From Clostridia bacterium (GTDB lineage Bacteria > Bacillota > Clostridia > CAKSNL01 > HGM11501): a stretch of DNA of 64,000 nt. The position numbers and the translations under genes are program-made. Numbering within the stretch: position 1 is the first letter of the stretch; the number at the start of each line of letters is the position of its first letter. Positions 8,658 to 17,924 of this stretch are shown here, one piece after another. A model generated the notes under the pieces. The model was given only the letters and a program-made list of their open reading frames with translations, was not told where the DNA came from and ran no database searches. The stretch is taken from assembly GCA_045545475.1 (NCBI GenBank), contig JAZQAZ010000014.1:1-64000 (forward strand), given 5' to 3'.

Positions 8658-10283
8658 ATGAAAAGACTTTTAATGCTTATATTGTCAATGAGCCTTATTT
8701 TGACTGTTCCGGTTTTTGCATCGAAAAGTGCGAAAATTCCTGAATTTAGTGTAACCTTAAACGGCAGGGCGGTGGATTCATCATTCCGTCAGTTTCCTCT
8801 TCTTTTATATAAGGACATAACCTATTTTCCTATGACCTATTATGATTGCAGGTTTTTAGGGCTTAAGACAGAGTGGAACAGCGAAACAAACACGCTCAGC
8901 ATTGAAAAAAGCAACATCTTTCACGGCGGAGCATACCGCGATTATAAGTGGGAGTGGGAAAACGGAAAGGTACATACCGTATCGGTGTGCAATTTCAACA
9001 TTGAGGTAAACGGAAAAGTTATTGATAATAAAACGGAAGAATATCCCTTATTAACCTTCCGTGATGTGACTTATTTTCCCCTGACCTGGCGCTTTGCAAA
9101 GGAGGAATTCGGCTGGAGCTATTCCTTTGACAGTGAAAAGGGGCTTGCCATAACTTCTGACAATGTGAAAACAAAGCAGCTTAATCTCCCCGGAATATCG
9201 GAAAATCCCGGTATGGTGGGAACAGACGGAGTATATTACTATTACCGTTCAGGCAAAAACATAATGAGGGCTTTAAGGGAGGATACATCTGCACCTGAAA
9301 TTATCCACACTCAGCCAGACAATTATGTGGGTGACGGAAACGGAAGCTACACCACGTTTCTTTACGATAAGGGAAAGCTTTATATGAGCTACCACATAGG
9401 AAACGCAAGTATGGGAACAACCTACTGGTATAAAATAAACCCGGATGGAAGCCTCCTGAAAGAATATCCCTCAGGCTATAATTCAGGAGGAGCCGGATTC
9501 AGCGAATATATTGCAACCGAAGGGAATATAAGTGCATCTTTAGGATACGGCGGAAAATTTGGATTTTGGTACAGCATTGACGGAGTGAAAAAAGAGGTAA
9601 CTTCTGAGAATGTAGCTTTCGGAAAACGTGACGAAAACGGCTATATAACACAACCTAGACCTCAGATAGTCGGAAAAAATATCTATGTTTACGGCGTAGA
9701 GGATGGCAAGGACGGCATATACAGACTTGACACCGAAACGGGTGAGCTTAAGAAAATTACAGAAGCATCGGGCAATTTTGTGGCTTTTTCAGGCTGGGAT
9801 AATTTGGGGCTTAACGGAATGACCGATATGCTGATTTATGTCCGCGACAAAAAGCTTTACAGATTAAGCGTTGAAAACGGTGCTGAGGTTATGCTGTATT
9901 CGGCAAACGATGCGGACGCACTTGTAGCAGGCTTTGGCGGAAATACTATATTCCTTGCTGTTGAGCATGAAGGAAAAACCAAGGTTTACCGCTATGACTC
10001 CCACGGGCTTGGAAGCTTTTCGGGATGTATGATGGAAACAGCACTTCCCGCCAATGTAATATTAAACGATGCGGGAATGATCGTTGATATGTACGAGGAC
10101 GGGGAATATAACCCAAACGATGATATACGCCTCTTTGCTGCATCGGGGCTTTTGAGTATGTATATTTCATCGGATAGCACATACGGCTCGGGCTTTATAT
10201 ATGAAAACACCCTTATATATGTAACGGACGGCTCCATTGTGACGGAAGTTTGTATGACTCCCGATTTATATAACGGAAATTAA
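8658..10283 (+). CDS. Secreted protein with duplicated copper-amine-oxidase-N/stalk-like domain and beta-rich C-terminus
   Basis: Signal peptide ending VFA; two copies of (F/Y)PLL.(Y/F).D(I/V)TYFP(M/L)T; AGGAGG RBS. Confidence 0.65.
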   Translation: MKRLLMLILSMSLILTVPVFASKSAKIPEFSVTLNGRAVDSSFRQFPLLLYKDITYFPMTYYDCRFLGLKTEWNSETNTLSIEKSNIFHGGAYRDYKWEWENGKVHTVSVCNFNIEVNGKVIDNKTEEYPLLTFRDVTYFPLTWRFAKEEFGWSYSFDSEKGLAITSDNVKTKQLNLPGISENPGMVGTDGVYYYYRSGKNIMRALREDTSAPEIIHTQPDNYVGDGNGSYTTFLYDKGKLYMSYHIGNASMGTTYWYKINPDGSLLKEYPSGYNSGGAGFSEYIATEGNISASLGYGGKFGFWYSIDGVKKEVTSENVAFGKRDENGYITQPRPQIVGKNIYVYGVEDGKDGIYRLDTETGELKKITEASGNFVAFSGWDNLGLNGMTDMLIYVRDKKLYRLSVENGAEVMLYSANDADALVAGFGGNTIFLAVEHEGKTKVYRYDSHGLGSFSGCMMETALPANVILNDAGMIVDMYEDGEYNPNDDIRLFAASGLLSMYISSDSTYGSGFIYENTLIYVTDGSIVTEVCMTPDLYNGN

Positions 10284-10300
10284 AAAGAAAGGTGATTAAA

Positions 10301-10645
10301 ATGGCAGACTGTATTTTTTGTAAAATAGCAAACGGAGAAATTCCCTCGGAATTTTTATACGAGGACGATTATGTAGTGGTAATAAAGGACATAAATCCCA
10401 TGGCAAAGGTGCATCTTTTAGTTTTAACCAAGGAGCATATCTGCTGTGCAAATATGTTCGATGAGAAAAATTCCATCTATGCGGCAAAGGCTTTTGAGGC
10501 TGTTGCCAAGGTAACGAAAAAGCTGGGAATTGACGAAACAGGCTACCGCGTAATAAATAACTGCGGTGAGGACGGCGGACAGACCGTTAAGCACGTTCAC
10601 TTCCACATACTTGGCGGACAGAAATTATCCGTTGATATGGCGTAA
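10301..10645 (+). CDS. Histidine triad (HIT/Hint) nucleotide-binding protein
   Basis: DCIFCKI N-terminus and GQTVKHVHFHILGG histidine triad. Confidence 0.95.
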   Translation: MADCIFCKIANGEIPSEFLYEDDYVVVIKDINPMAKVHLLVLTKEHICCANMFDEKNSIYAAKAFEAVAKVTKKLGIDETGYRVINNCGEDGGQTVKHVHFHILGGQKLSVDMA

Positions 10646-10656
10646 AGCTCCTGATA

Positions 10657-10711
10657 TGTCATTCTGAGCCTCCGGCGTTTTCAAGGAAAAACGTTGGCGG
10701 GCGAAGAATCT
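10657..10711. repeat. Solitary REP-like element (TGTCATTCTGAGC...GCGAAGAATCT) with internal hairpin
   Basis: Ends resemble a short palindromic repeat I recall from other bacterial genomes; only one copy seen here. Confidence 0.4.
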
Positions 10712-10724
10712 TAAATGAAGCAAT

Positions 10725-10757
10725 AAAAAGAGACTTGCAGTGCAAGTCTCTTTTTTT
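10725..10757. terminator. Bidirectional terminator
   Basis: AAAAAGAGACTTGCA-g-TGCAAGTCTCTTTTT between convergent genes. Confidence 0.88.
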
Positions 10758-12024
10758 ATAATTCAAGCAGTTTTTTTAATTTTTCAATGTTTATGTCTTT
10801 TGCGGGCACATTATCCCTGACTGAAATTGAAGCACCTGTTCCTGCCGCCTGCCCTGTTATGAAGCAGCATGGGATAACGCGGACGGATGCCTGCATTCCT
10901 CTGTCAGTGCCAATTGCACGGCCTGCGACCAGCAGGTTTTCAATTCCTTTGACGACCAGCGAGCGATAGGGGATGCTGTAGGATTCACCGTTTTCGTGAC
11001 GCATTGAAATAGCCTTTGCAAAGCCCTTTACACCGTTTTTGTCGGCACTCATCGGATGAATGTCCACGGGGTAGGAATAGCGGCCTATTTCATCGGGAAA
11101 GGCTTCTTTCATAAAGAAGGTGTCGGTTGTCAGCATATATTCGCATATCACTCTTCTTGACTCTCTTATTCCGAGAAAGTCGGCACTTTTTATTAAAACC
11201 GCATTTTCCGCACCGGGAACATAATTTCTGTAATAGGTTTCGTATTCCGAAAGAATTTTACGCCCCTTAAACATTGCATCGGTAATGCTTTCTGTATCGG
11301 TGTCTTTGACCTTGAAGCAATGACCGACGTTGCCGAAGCCTACACCGACTTCGGGGAAGTTTGGCTTAATTCCGGGAAGAATGGGGTCGTACTGAGAAAA
11401 CACCCCTTCGCGGTAGGCCTTTTCATAATCGCCTTCGCTTTTTTTCTTTTCAAAATCAACCCCGCCCCAGACAGAGCATAGTGTGGTGCTCATGGTGTTG
11501 CCGTCTTCATCGCCGTAATGGAAGGATGCTCCTGCAAGGAAAGACAAAAATCCCTGCCCGGTGCAGTCGATAAATACCTTTGCACTTATTGCAAAACTGC
11601 CTTCAGGTGAGGATAAAACAGCGTGAGTTATTTTATCGCCCTCTTTTATAACATCGGTAAGGTGCGTATAGAAAAGCACTTTAACGCCTGATGATAAGGT
11701 GAGGTCATCGTATATCAGTTTTAATTTTTCTGGTCTTACATTGTGCCAGGAGCGGTTATAGGAATGGGAATAGCCCAAGCGGTCATAAACTTCTCTTCCT
11801 ATACCTTTTGAAAGAAAGTTTACCCCGTCGTCAAAATTCATAAGCTCGGGAACGCCTGAAAGCATACTGCTTCCGCCGATTACGCCGGACTGCTCGGAAA
11901 GAATAACCTTCATTCCGCATCTTGCGGCACAAACTGCCGCCGCAAAGCCGGATGGCCCTGCACCCGCTACAAAAACATCCGCATCATATTTGACATTGAT
12001 GCTTTTGGAATAGCAAATTTCCAT
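10756..12024 (-). CDS. FAD-dependent oxidoreductase (FAD_oxidored family)
   Basis: DVFVAGAGPSG..AA, FIDCTG, IRESRR, YSIPYRSL, NLLVAGR, GQAAG. Confidence 0.88.
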   Translation of the reverse strand: MEICYSKSINVKYDADVFVAGAGPSGFAAAVCAARCGMKVILSEQSGVIGGSSMLSGVPELMNFDDGVNFLSKGIGREVYDRLGYSHSYNRSWHNVRPEKLKLIYDDLTLSSGVKVLFYTHLTDVIKEGDKITHAVLSSPEGSFAISAKVFIDCTGQGFLSFLAGASFHYGDEDGNTMSTTLCSVWGGVDFEKKKSEGDYEKAYREGVFSQYDPILPGIKPNFPEVGVGFGNVGHCFKVKDTDTESITDAMFKGRKILSEYETYYRNYVPGAENAVLIKSADFLGIRESRRVICEYMLTTDTFFMKEAFPDEIGRYSYPVDIHPMSADKNGVKGFAKAISMRHENGESYSIPYRSLVVKGIENLLVAGRAIGTDRGMQASVRVIPCCFITGQAAGTGASISVRDNVPAKDINIEKLKKLLEL

Positions 12025-12168
12025 ATAATCACATCCTTTAATTAAAGTATAACCGAAAAAATAATATTGTCAATCATATAGGAAAAAATGACAATTTTTT
12101 AATAGGATAGGTCAATTTGAGTATAAATACACAAAAGAGGGGCGGGGAGAAAGCCTTTTTTAAACTTA

Positions 12169-12186
12169 TTGGTAAATTTTTCACAA
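12169..12186 (+). promoter_or_regulatory. Putative Rex-type operator upstream of PEPCK
   Basis: TTGGTAA-attt-TTCACAA compared with the Rex consensus TTGT(G/T)AA-N4-TT(C/A)ACAA. Confidence 0.45.
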
Positions 12187-12211
12187 AAAGTAATTTTTAT
12201 GAAAAAAAACA

Positions 12212-12240
12212 TTGATTTATTAAATGTTTTATAGTATAAT
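12212..12240 (+). promoter_or_regulatory. Sigma-A promoter of PEPCK gene
   Basis: TTGATT-N17-TATAAT. Confidence 0.65.
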
Positions 12241-12333
12241 TAAAATAATAATTATAATGGGAAAAAATCGATTTATAATTGTTTTTAAGAAGGTATATAA
12301 TAACCAAAGGTTAATTTTGAAAGGAGATTTGTT

Positions 12334-14130
12334 ATGGCATTAACAAACAACAAGGCAGTTTTAGCTTGGCTTGATGAAATGGCAGCTATGACTAAGCCGG
12401 CAGAAATCGTTTGGATCGACGGATCCGAAGCACAGCTTGAAGAGCTTCGTAAGGAAGCTGTATCAACCGGCGAAATGATTAAGCTTAATGAAGAGCTTCT
12501 TCCCGGCTGCTACTACCACAGAACTGCAGAAAACGACGTTGCAAGAGTAGAGGACAGAACCTTTATCTGCACACCCACTAAAGAAGAAGCAGGCCCCATC
12601 AACAACTGGATGGATCCTAAAGAAATGTACGCAAAGCTTTCTAAGCTTTATGACGGCTCTATGGTTGGAAGAACAATGTATGTTATTCCTTACTCCATGG
12701 GTCCTGTTGGCTCTCCCTTCTCAAAAATCGGTGTTGAGCTTACAGACAGTATCTATGTTGTATTGAACATGGCTATTATGACAAGAATCGGTAAGGCTGT
12801 TATGGATTCTCTCGGTGACAGCGACGATTTCGTTAAGTGCTTACACGCAAAGAAAGACGTAAATCCCGATGACAGATACATCGTTCAGTTCCCCCAGGAT
12901 AAGACAATCTGGTCTATCAACTCTGCTTACGGCGGAAACGTACTCTTAGGTAAGAAGTGCTTCGCTCTCCGTATTGCATCCTATCTTGGTATGCAGGAAG
13001 GCTGGATGGCAGAGCATATGCTTATCTTAGGTCTTGAAAATCCCAAGGGAGAGGTTAAGTACATCTGTGCTGCATTCCCCTCTGCCTGCGGTAAGACAAA
13101 CCTTGCAATGCTTATTCCTCCCGAGTATTTACAGAAGAAGGGCTACAAGGTTTGGACAGTTGGTGACGATATTGCATGGCTCAGAATCGGTAAGGACGGA
13201 AGACTCTATGCAATCAACCCCGAAGCAGGTTTCTTCGGTGTTGCTCCAGGTACCAGCGAAAAGACAAACTTCAACGCTCTTGCTGCAACAAAGAAGAACA
13301 CAATCTTCACAAACGTTGCAATCAACAATGACGATATGACAGTTTGGTGGGAAGGTCTCGACAAGAATCCTCCCGAAAATGCAACAGAGTGGAAGGGTGC
13401 TAAGGTTAACGGTAAGGAATTTACTGCTGACGGTAACAAGCTTGCTCATCCCAACTCACGTTTCACAGCTCCCGCTGTAAACTGCCCCTGCATTTCACCT
13501 GAATTTGAAAATCCCGAAGGTGTTCCGATTTCCGCTATCGTATTCGGCGGCCGTCGGGCTAAGTGTGCACCGTTAGTATATCAGTCAAGAGACTGGACAC
13601 ACGGTACCTTCGTTGGTGCTACAATGGCATCCGAGACAACTGCAGCTGCTGCAGGTGCTGTTGGTGTAGTTCGCCGTGACCCCATGGCTATGAAGCCCTT
13701 CGTTGGCTACAATATGGCTGATTACTGGAATCACTGGCTTGAAATGGGTAAAAAGCTTGGCGACAAGGCTCCTGAAATTTTCCACGTTAACTGGTTCCGT
13801 AAGGATGAGAACGACGACTTTATGTGGCCCGGATTCGGTGACAACATGAGAGTTCTTCTCTGGATACTTGACCGTTGCGAAGGTAAGGTTGGTGCTAAGG
13901 AAACAGCTATCGGTTATGTTCCCGAAATCAAGGACCTCGACGTTGAAGGTCTTGGCATTTCCGAAGAAAAGCTCGCTGAGCTTCTTGCAATCGACAAGCA
14001 GAACTGGATCGACGATGTTGAAGATCCCGCTACAGGTATCAAGGCATACTTCGCTCAGTTCGGAGATAAGCTTCCCGCTGCCATCAAGGCTGAACTTGAA
14101 AAGCTTGAAGCAAACCTTAACAATATGTAA
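12334..14130 (+). CDS. pckG: Phosphoenolpyruvate carboxykinase (GTP)
   Basis: DVARVE, YGGNVLLGKKCFALR, AFPSACGKTNLAM, VGDDIAW, HPNSRF, WPGFGDN; GAAAGGAG RBS; strongly biased codon use. Confidence 0.98.
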   Translation: MALTNNKAVLAWLDEMAAMTKPAEIVWIDGSEAQLEELRKEAVSTGEMIKLNEELLPGCYYHRTAENDVARVEDRTFICTPTKEEAGPINNWMDPKEMYAKLSKLYDGSMVGRTMYVIPYSMGPVGSPFSKIGVELTDSIYVVLNMAIMTRIGKAVMDSLGDSDDFVKCLHAKKDVNPDDRYIVQFPQDKTIWSINSAYGGNVLLGKKCFALRIASYLGMQEGWMAEHMLILGLENPKGEVKYICAAFPSACGKTNLAMLIPPEYLQKKGYKVWTVGDDIAWLRIGKDGRLYAINPEAGFFGVAPGTSEKTNFNALAATKKNTIFTNVAINNDDMTVWWEGLDKNPPENATEWKGAKVNGKEFTADGNKLAHPNSRFTAPAVNCPCISPEFENPEGVPISAIVFGGRRAKCAPLVYQSRDWTHGTFVGATMASETTAAAAGAVGVVRRDPMAMKPFVGYNMADYWNHWLEMGKKLGDKAPEIFHVNWFRKDENDDFMWPGFGDNMRVLLWILDRCEGKVGAKETAIGYVPEIKDLDVEGLGISEEKLAELLAIDKQNWIDDVEDPATGIKAYFAQFGDKLPAAIKAELEKLEANLNNM

Positions 14131-14146
14131 TTTAAGCCTTAAAGGC

Positions 14147-14179
14147 AAAAAACCTCGGTGTAATACACCGAGGTTTTTT
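14147..14179. terminator. Bidirectional terminator
   Basis: AAAAAACCTCGGTGTA/TACACCGAGGTTTTTT between convergent genes. Confidence 0.88.
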
Positions 14180-14972
14180 ATTTTAAATATTCATTTTGGT
14201 GTTGCTTTCTGAATTGTGCAGGAGAAAAATTTTCTTCGGACTTAAAAATTGATGTCATATATTGCTGGGTCTTAAATCCGGAGCACTCCGCAATTTCAGA
14301 TAGGGGAAGGTTAGTTGTAATTAAAAGGTTTTTAACCATACTTACACGGCACTCGGTTAAATATTCACGGGGAGTAATTCTGCAAACTTCCGTGAAAATG
14401 GTGTGGAAATAGTTAGGACTTAAATTTACTTCTCTGGCAATATCGGAAAGCTTTATCTGCCTGCTGCAATTGTTCTTTATAAAGCTTTGAGCCTGAGCGG
14501 TAATTGCACGTTTATAGGATTGCGTTTTCTGAGAGTTCATTGCTTCTTCAATCAACAAGGATATGTAGGTTAAAAGCTTTCCCTGAAGCAGAATTTCGTT
14601 ATCCTCCTTTGAGGCGTGAAGAGTTATTATTTCATCAAGCAAGGACAAAATTTCAAAAGAGCGATTCATATTAAAATATCGGGGAACAGAAGAAAGCATT
14701 TCTATAATCTTTCCTTCTGCCCGAAACTTAATATATTTTGCTTTGAAAGGAAGTTCGCTGTTTCTGACATCTCCGGGTAAAGAAAGGAAAACATGGTTTT
14801 TTCGTATGGGAAAAGCCTCATTGTTTAAGAAAATATTTTTTCCATCTTCTAAAAAATGCTCTACCTCAACCATGGTGCACCTCCGCTTGGGCGTTACTTT
14901 TGCGGAAGAAAAAAGACTGCTGTCGTAATATCCGCACATTAAGAGTTCGGGTAATATTAATTCGCTTGACAT
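14178..14972 (-). CDS. AraC family transcriptional regulator
   Basis: LSDIAREVNLSPNYFHTIF and LSEIAECSGF...F...SPAQFR double HTH; AAGGAGG RBS. Confidence 0.93.
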   Translation of the reverse strand: MSSELILPELLMCGYYDSSLFSSAKVTPKRRCTMVEVEHFLEDGKNIFLNNEAFPIRKNHVFLSLPGDVRNSELPFKAKYIKFRAEGKIIEMLSSVPRYFNMNRSFEILSLLDEIITLHASKEDNEILLQGKLLTYISLLIEEAMNSQKTQSYKRAITAQAQSFIKNNCSRQIKLSDIAREVNLSPNYFHTIFTEVCRITPREYLTECRVSMVKNLLITTNLPLSEIAECSGFKTQQYMTSIFKSEENFSPAQFRKQHQNEYLK

Positions 14973-15028
14973 AATGTCCTCCTTAAACCTAATCGTAAGA
15001 TTTTATAAAAATAAAGTTTTATTTTATA

Positions 15029-15089
15029 TTGAATAAATTTTGGCAAAGCTTTATAATTAGGGTATAACACCTTTATTCGTAAAAGTCAA
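15029..15089. promoter_or_regulatory. Face-to-face divergent sigma-A promoters (AraC gene and glycosidase operon)
   Basis: Plus strand TTGAAT-N17-TATAAT (15029-15057); minus strand TTGACT-N17-TATACC (15089-15061). Confidence 0.55.
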
Positions 15090-15135
15090 GAGGAAAGAGA
15101 AATATTATAAAAATATAATGGCAGGAAGTGGGAAA

Positions 15136-16539
15136 ATGGAAAGATTAAAAAAGCTCGGAACACTTAGATGCGTTTCATCAATAGAGGTATCAGAGTCACC
15201 TATGGGCCTTGGAATGGAAAAGCTTGACCGTGATGCCTTCGATCCCGAAAAAGTATATGATAAAGTGGCATCCCTTGGCGTCAAATGGATAAGAATACAG
15301 TCGGGATGGCAAAAGACAGAGAAAAAAGAGGGCGTTTATGATTTTTCCTGGCTTGACAGTCAGGTTGATAACCTTATTTCCCGTGGTCTTAAACCCTGGC
15401 TTTGCCTTTGCTATGGGAACTCCTTGTATGACGATCTGGCAAAAGAATATTACGGTGCCGTTGGTTGCCCTCCCATAAGAACTAAAAAAGCATATGATGC
15501 GTGGCTTCGTTATGTGGGTGAAACCGCACGACACTTTAAAGGTAGAATAGAGTACTACGAAATATGGAACGAGCCTGAAGGGGGATGGACCTGGAGACCA
15601 CATCCAAATCCTTTGGAATATACGGAGTTTGCTGTAAAGACAGGTAAGGTTATAAAAGAAAATGACGAATCAGCCAAAGTTTTGACAGGCTCGCACTATG
15701 AGGATTCCTTGTCTGCTTTCAATGAAGAATTTGCATCGGGAATATTGGAGGTTACAGACGGGGTTACATATCACTCCTATAATTATGACGAAAGCACTTC
15801 CATGCAGAAAGCAAAGGCTATAAAGGCTTTGGCTGAAAGCTATGGTAAGGACATAGATGTTATTCAGGGGGAGATGGGGTCTCAATCCAAAAGCGGAGGA
15901 AACGGTGCTCTTAACTGGGTAAGGACAAACCCCGATATGCAGACAAAATATCTTCTTCGTCACATTGTGGGTGAAATAATGTCGGGAGTTTTGTTTACAT
16001 CGGTATTTTCAGCCGTTGATATGGCAGAAAACCTTGATGCAAAAGCAGATGGGCCTATAACTACCTGCGGATATTTCGGTCTGCTCGGTGCGGAATTTGA
16101 CAGCAAAACGGGAACTTTGGTTGGCGATTATTATGAAAAGCCATCCTATTATGCATTCCGAAATCTTTGTGCACTCTTTAACGGGAAAATAACACCTGCA
16201 TACATTCCTTCCATATTCACACCGGGAAGGTCAATAAGAATAGATGGTTTTGATACCCCTACAAAGGAAATAATTTCAGGCGGTCTTTCAAAAGAAAACG
16301 GAGCAAAGGCTTTTTGCTACTGGAATTCTACAAATCTTGTAACCTGCCACGGCTTTGAAGGAAGTGCTACATTTGAACTTTCGGGAGTTTCGGGAGAAGT
16401 AAGACTTATTGACCCTATGGACGGCTCAATTTACGAAATCGGCGAAAAAATCATGCAGGATAAGGGAAACGGACTTTTTAAGTTCACCAATATTCCTGTC
16501 AAGGACTATCCTCTTATTATTACTTTCGGGGAGTTTTAA
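15136..16539 (+). CDS. Clan GH-A glycoside hydrolase (GH39/GH5-like)
   Basis: GVKWIRIQSGW, YDFSWLD, YYEIWNEP (acid/base), YHSY, QGEMG (nucleophile); no signal peptide; alternative start at 15118. Confidence 0.78.
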   Translation: MERLKKLGTLRCVSSIEVSESPMGLGMEKLDRDAFDPEKVYDKVASLGVKWIRIQSGWQKTEKKEGVYDFSWLDSQVDNLISRGLKPWLCLCYGNSLYDDLAKEYYGAVGCPPIRTKKAYDAWLRYVGETARHFKGRIEYYEIWNEPEGGWTWRPHPNPLEYTEFAVKTGKVIKENDESAKVLTGSHYEDSLSAFNEEFASGILEVTDGVTYHSYNYDESTSMQKAKAIKALAESYGKDIDVIQGEMGSQSKSGGNGALNWVRTNPDMQTKYLLRHIVGEIMSGVLFTSVFSAVDMAENLDAKADGPITTCGYFGLLGAEFDSKTGTLVGDYYEKPSYYAFRNLCALFNGKITPAYIPSIFTPGRSIRIDGFDTPTKEIISGGLSKENGAKAFCYWNSTNLVTCHGFEGSATFELSGVSGEVRLIDPMDGSIYEIGEKIMQDKGNGLFKFTNIPVKDYPLIITFGEF

Positions 16540-16541
16540 TT

Positions 16542-17924
16542 ATGAAGATTAATTACGGACTTTTAAACGGTGCGGTTTTGCAAAGAGATGAAAATGGTTT
16601 TTGCAAGTGCATTTTTGGGGCAGAAGCTTTTGGAGAAATAAAAACTTCTTTGGGGAAATTTGAAAAGATTAATGAAAATGCTTATATCCTTTCCGGCATC
16701 CCCATAGGTGGACCTTATGAAATAATTATATCGGACGATAAGGAAAGCTTAACACTTTCTGATATCTATGTGGGAGATTTATGGCTTTTAGCAGGTCAGT
16801 CCAATATGGAAGGGGCAGGAAAACACAGAGGAAAATATAAGCTCTACGATGAAAATCCCCTTGCAGATGTCCGCGCCTACTATATGAACGAAAGCTGGGG
16901 TGCGGCAAAAACACAGCTTCACCAGCTTTGGGAATCTATAGATGAATGCATAAGGGCTCCTTACAGAAACTATAGAAAAAAATCTCCTTGGGGAGAAGAA
17001 TTCCCAAAGGTGCAAACTGACGGAGTGGGTCCCGGATTATATTTTGCTCTTGAAATGAGAAAGCTGACAGAGGGTGTGCCTCAGGGAGTTATACCCTGCG
17101 GTGTCGGTGGGTCAAACTTAAAGCAATGGGATCCCGATGGGGTTGATAATCTCTATAGTGCTGCAAAACGCCGTGTTAAAGAATGCGGAAGCTACATAAA
17201 GGGCGTTTTCTGGCATCAGGGTGAGTCTCAGACCGACATACCGGGAATAGAAAGCTTTATAAGCGATATGAAAAAGCTTGTTTCGGGAATGAGAAGGGAC
17301 TTCTGTGATGAAAAACTTCCCTTTGTAGAGGTGCAGATAAATAAATTTGTGGCGTGCTACAGCGATATTCCATGGAGCAGAACCAGAGAATTGCAACGAA
17401 TACTTGAAAACTACATAGATAATCTTATAACGGTTTATTCTGTTGATCTGGAATTGGATGACCTTATTCATCTTTCGAGCGAATCTCACGAGATACTCGG
17501 ATTTAGGGCGGCAGAAGCTATGAATTATCTGATTACAGGAAAAGGCGAGGCGTCTCCCTCCTTTGATTCCTTTGAAATTGTGGAAGATGACTTTGTACCC
17601 TTTCGTTCAAATATCCGTGTTAATTTCAAAAACATCAAAGGGGAACTTACTTCCCTTGGAGTACCGTCCGGATTTTCAATTCACGAAAAGGAAGACGGTG
17701 CACCCCTTCGTGCTGTTTCAAGGCTTTGTCTTGAAGGAGATTCTGTAAGAATTAAAACGGAAATAGATGCTGAAAAGCTGAGCGAATGTTATATATGCTA
17801 TGGATTCGGCAACAGCTTTTACTGTAATATTACAGATACCGGGAGAAGAAGCATTCCTGCATTCGGACCTCTTAAAATAAAAGATTTTTTGAAAAAGGAG
17901 AAAGACTATGGAAGCAATTTATAA
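16542..17924 (+). CDS. Sialate O-acetylesterase-like (SASA/SGNH) carbohydrate esterase
   Basis: VGDLWLLAGQSNM, GVGGS, WHQGES, DLIH catalytic blocks. Confidence 0.87.
   Translation: MKINYGLLNGAVLQRDENGFCKCIFGAEAFGEIKTSLGKFEKINENAYILSGIPIGGPYEIIISDDKESLTLSDIYVGDLWLLAGQSNMEGAGKHRGKYKLYDENPLADVRAYYMNESWGAAKTQLHQLWESIDECIRAPYRNYRKKSPWGEEFPKVQTDGVGPGLYFALEMRKLTEGVPQGVIPCGVGGSNLKQWDPDGVDNLYSAAKRRVKECGSYIKGVFWHQGESQTDIPGIESFISDMKKLVSGMRRDFCDEKLPFVEVQINKFVACYSDIPWSRTRELQRILENYIDNLITVYSVDLELDDLIHLSSESHEILGFRAAEAMNYLITGKGEASPSFDSFEIVEDDFVPFRSNIRVNFKNIKGELTSLGVPSGFSIHEKEDGAPLRAVSRLCLEGDSVRIKTEIDAEKLSECYICYGFGNSFYCNITDTGRRSIPAFGPLKIKDFLKKEKDYGSNL

Noticed and set aside
13585-14148. 187-aa antisense ORF, and similar antisense or off-frame ORFs in nadK, alaS, mtnN, glg genes and the giant protein
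   Set aside because: Shadow ORFs of well-supported genes, produced by codon bias; no recognisable motifs.
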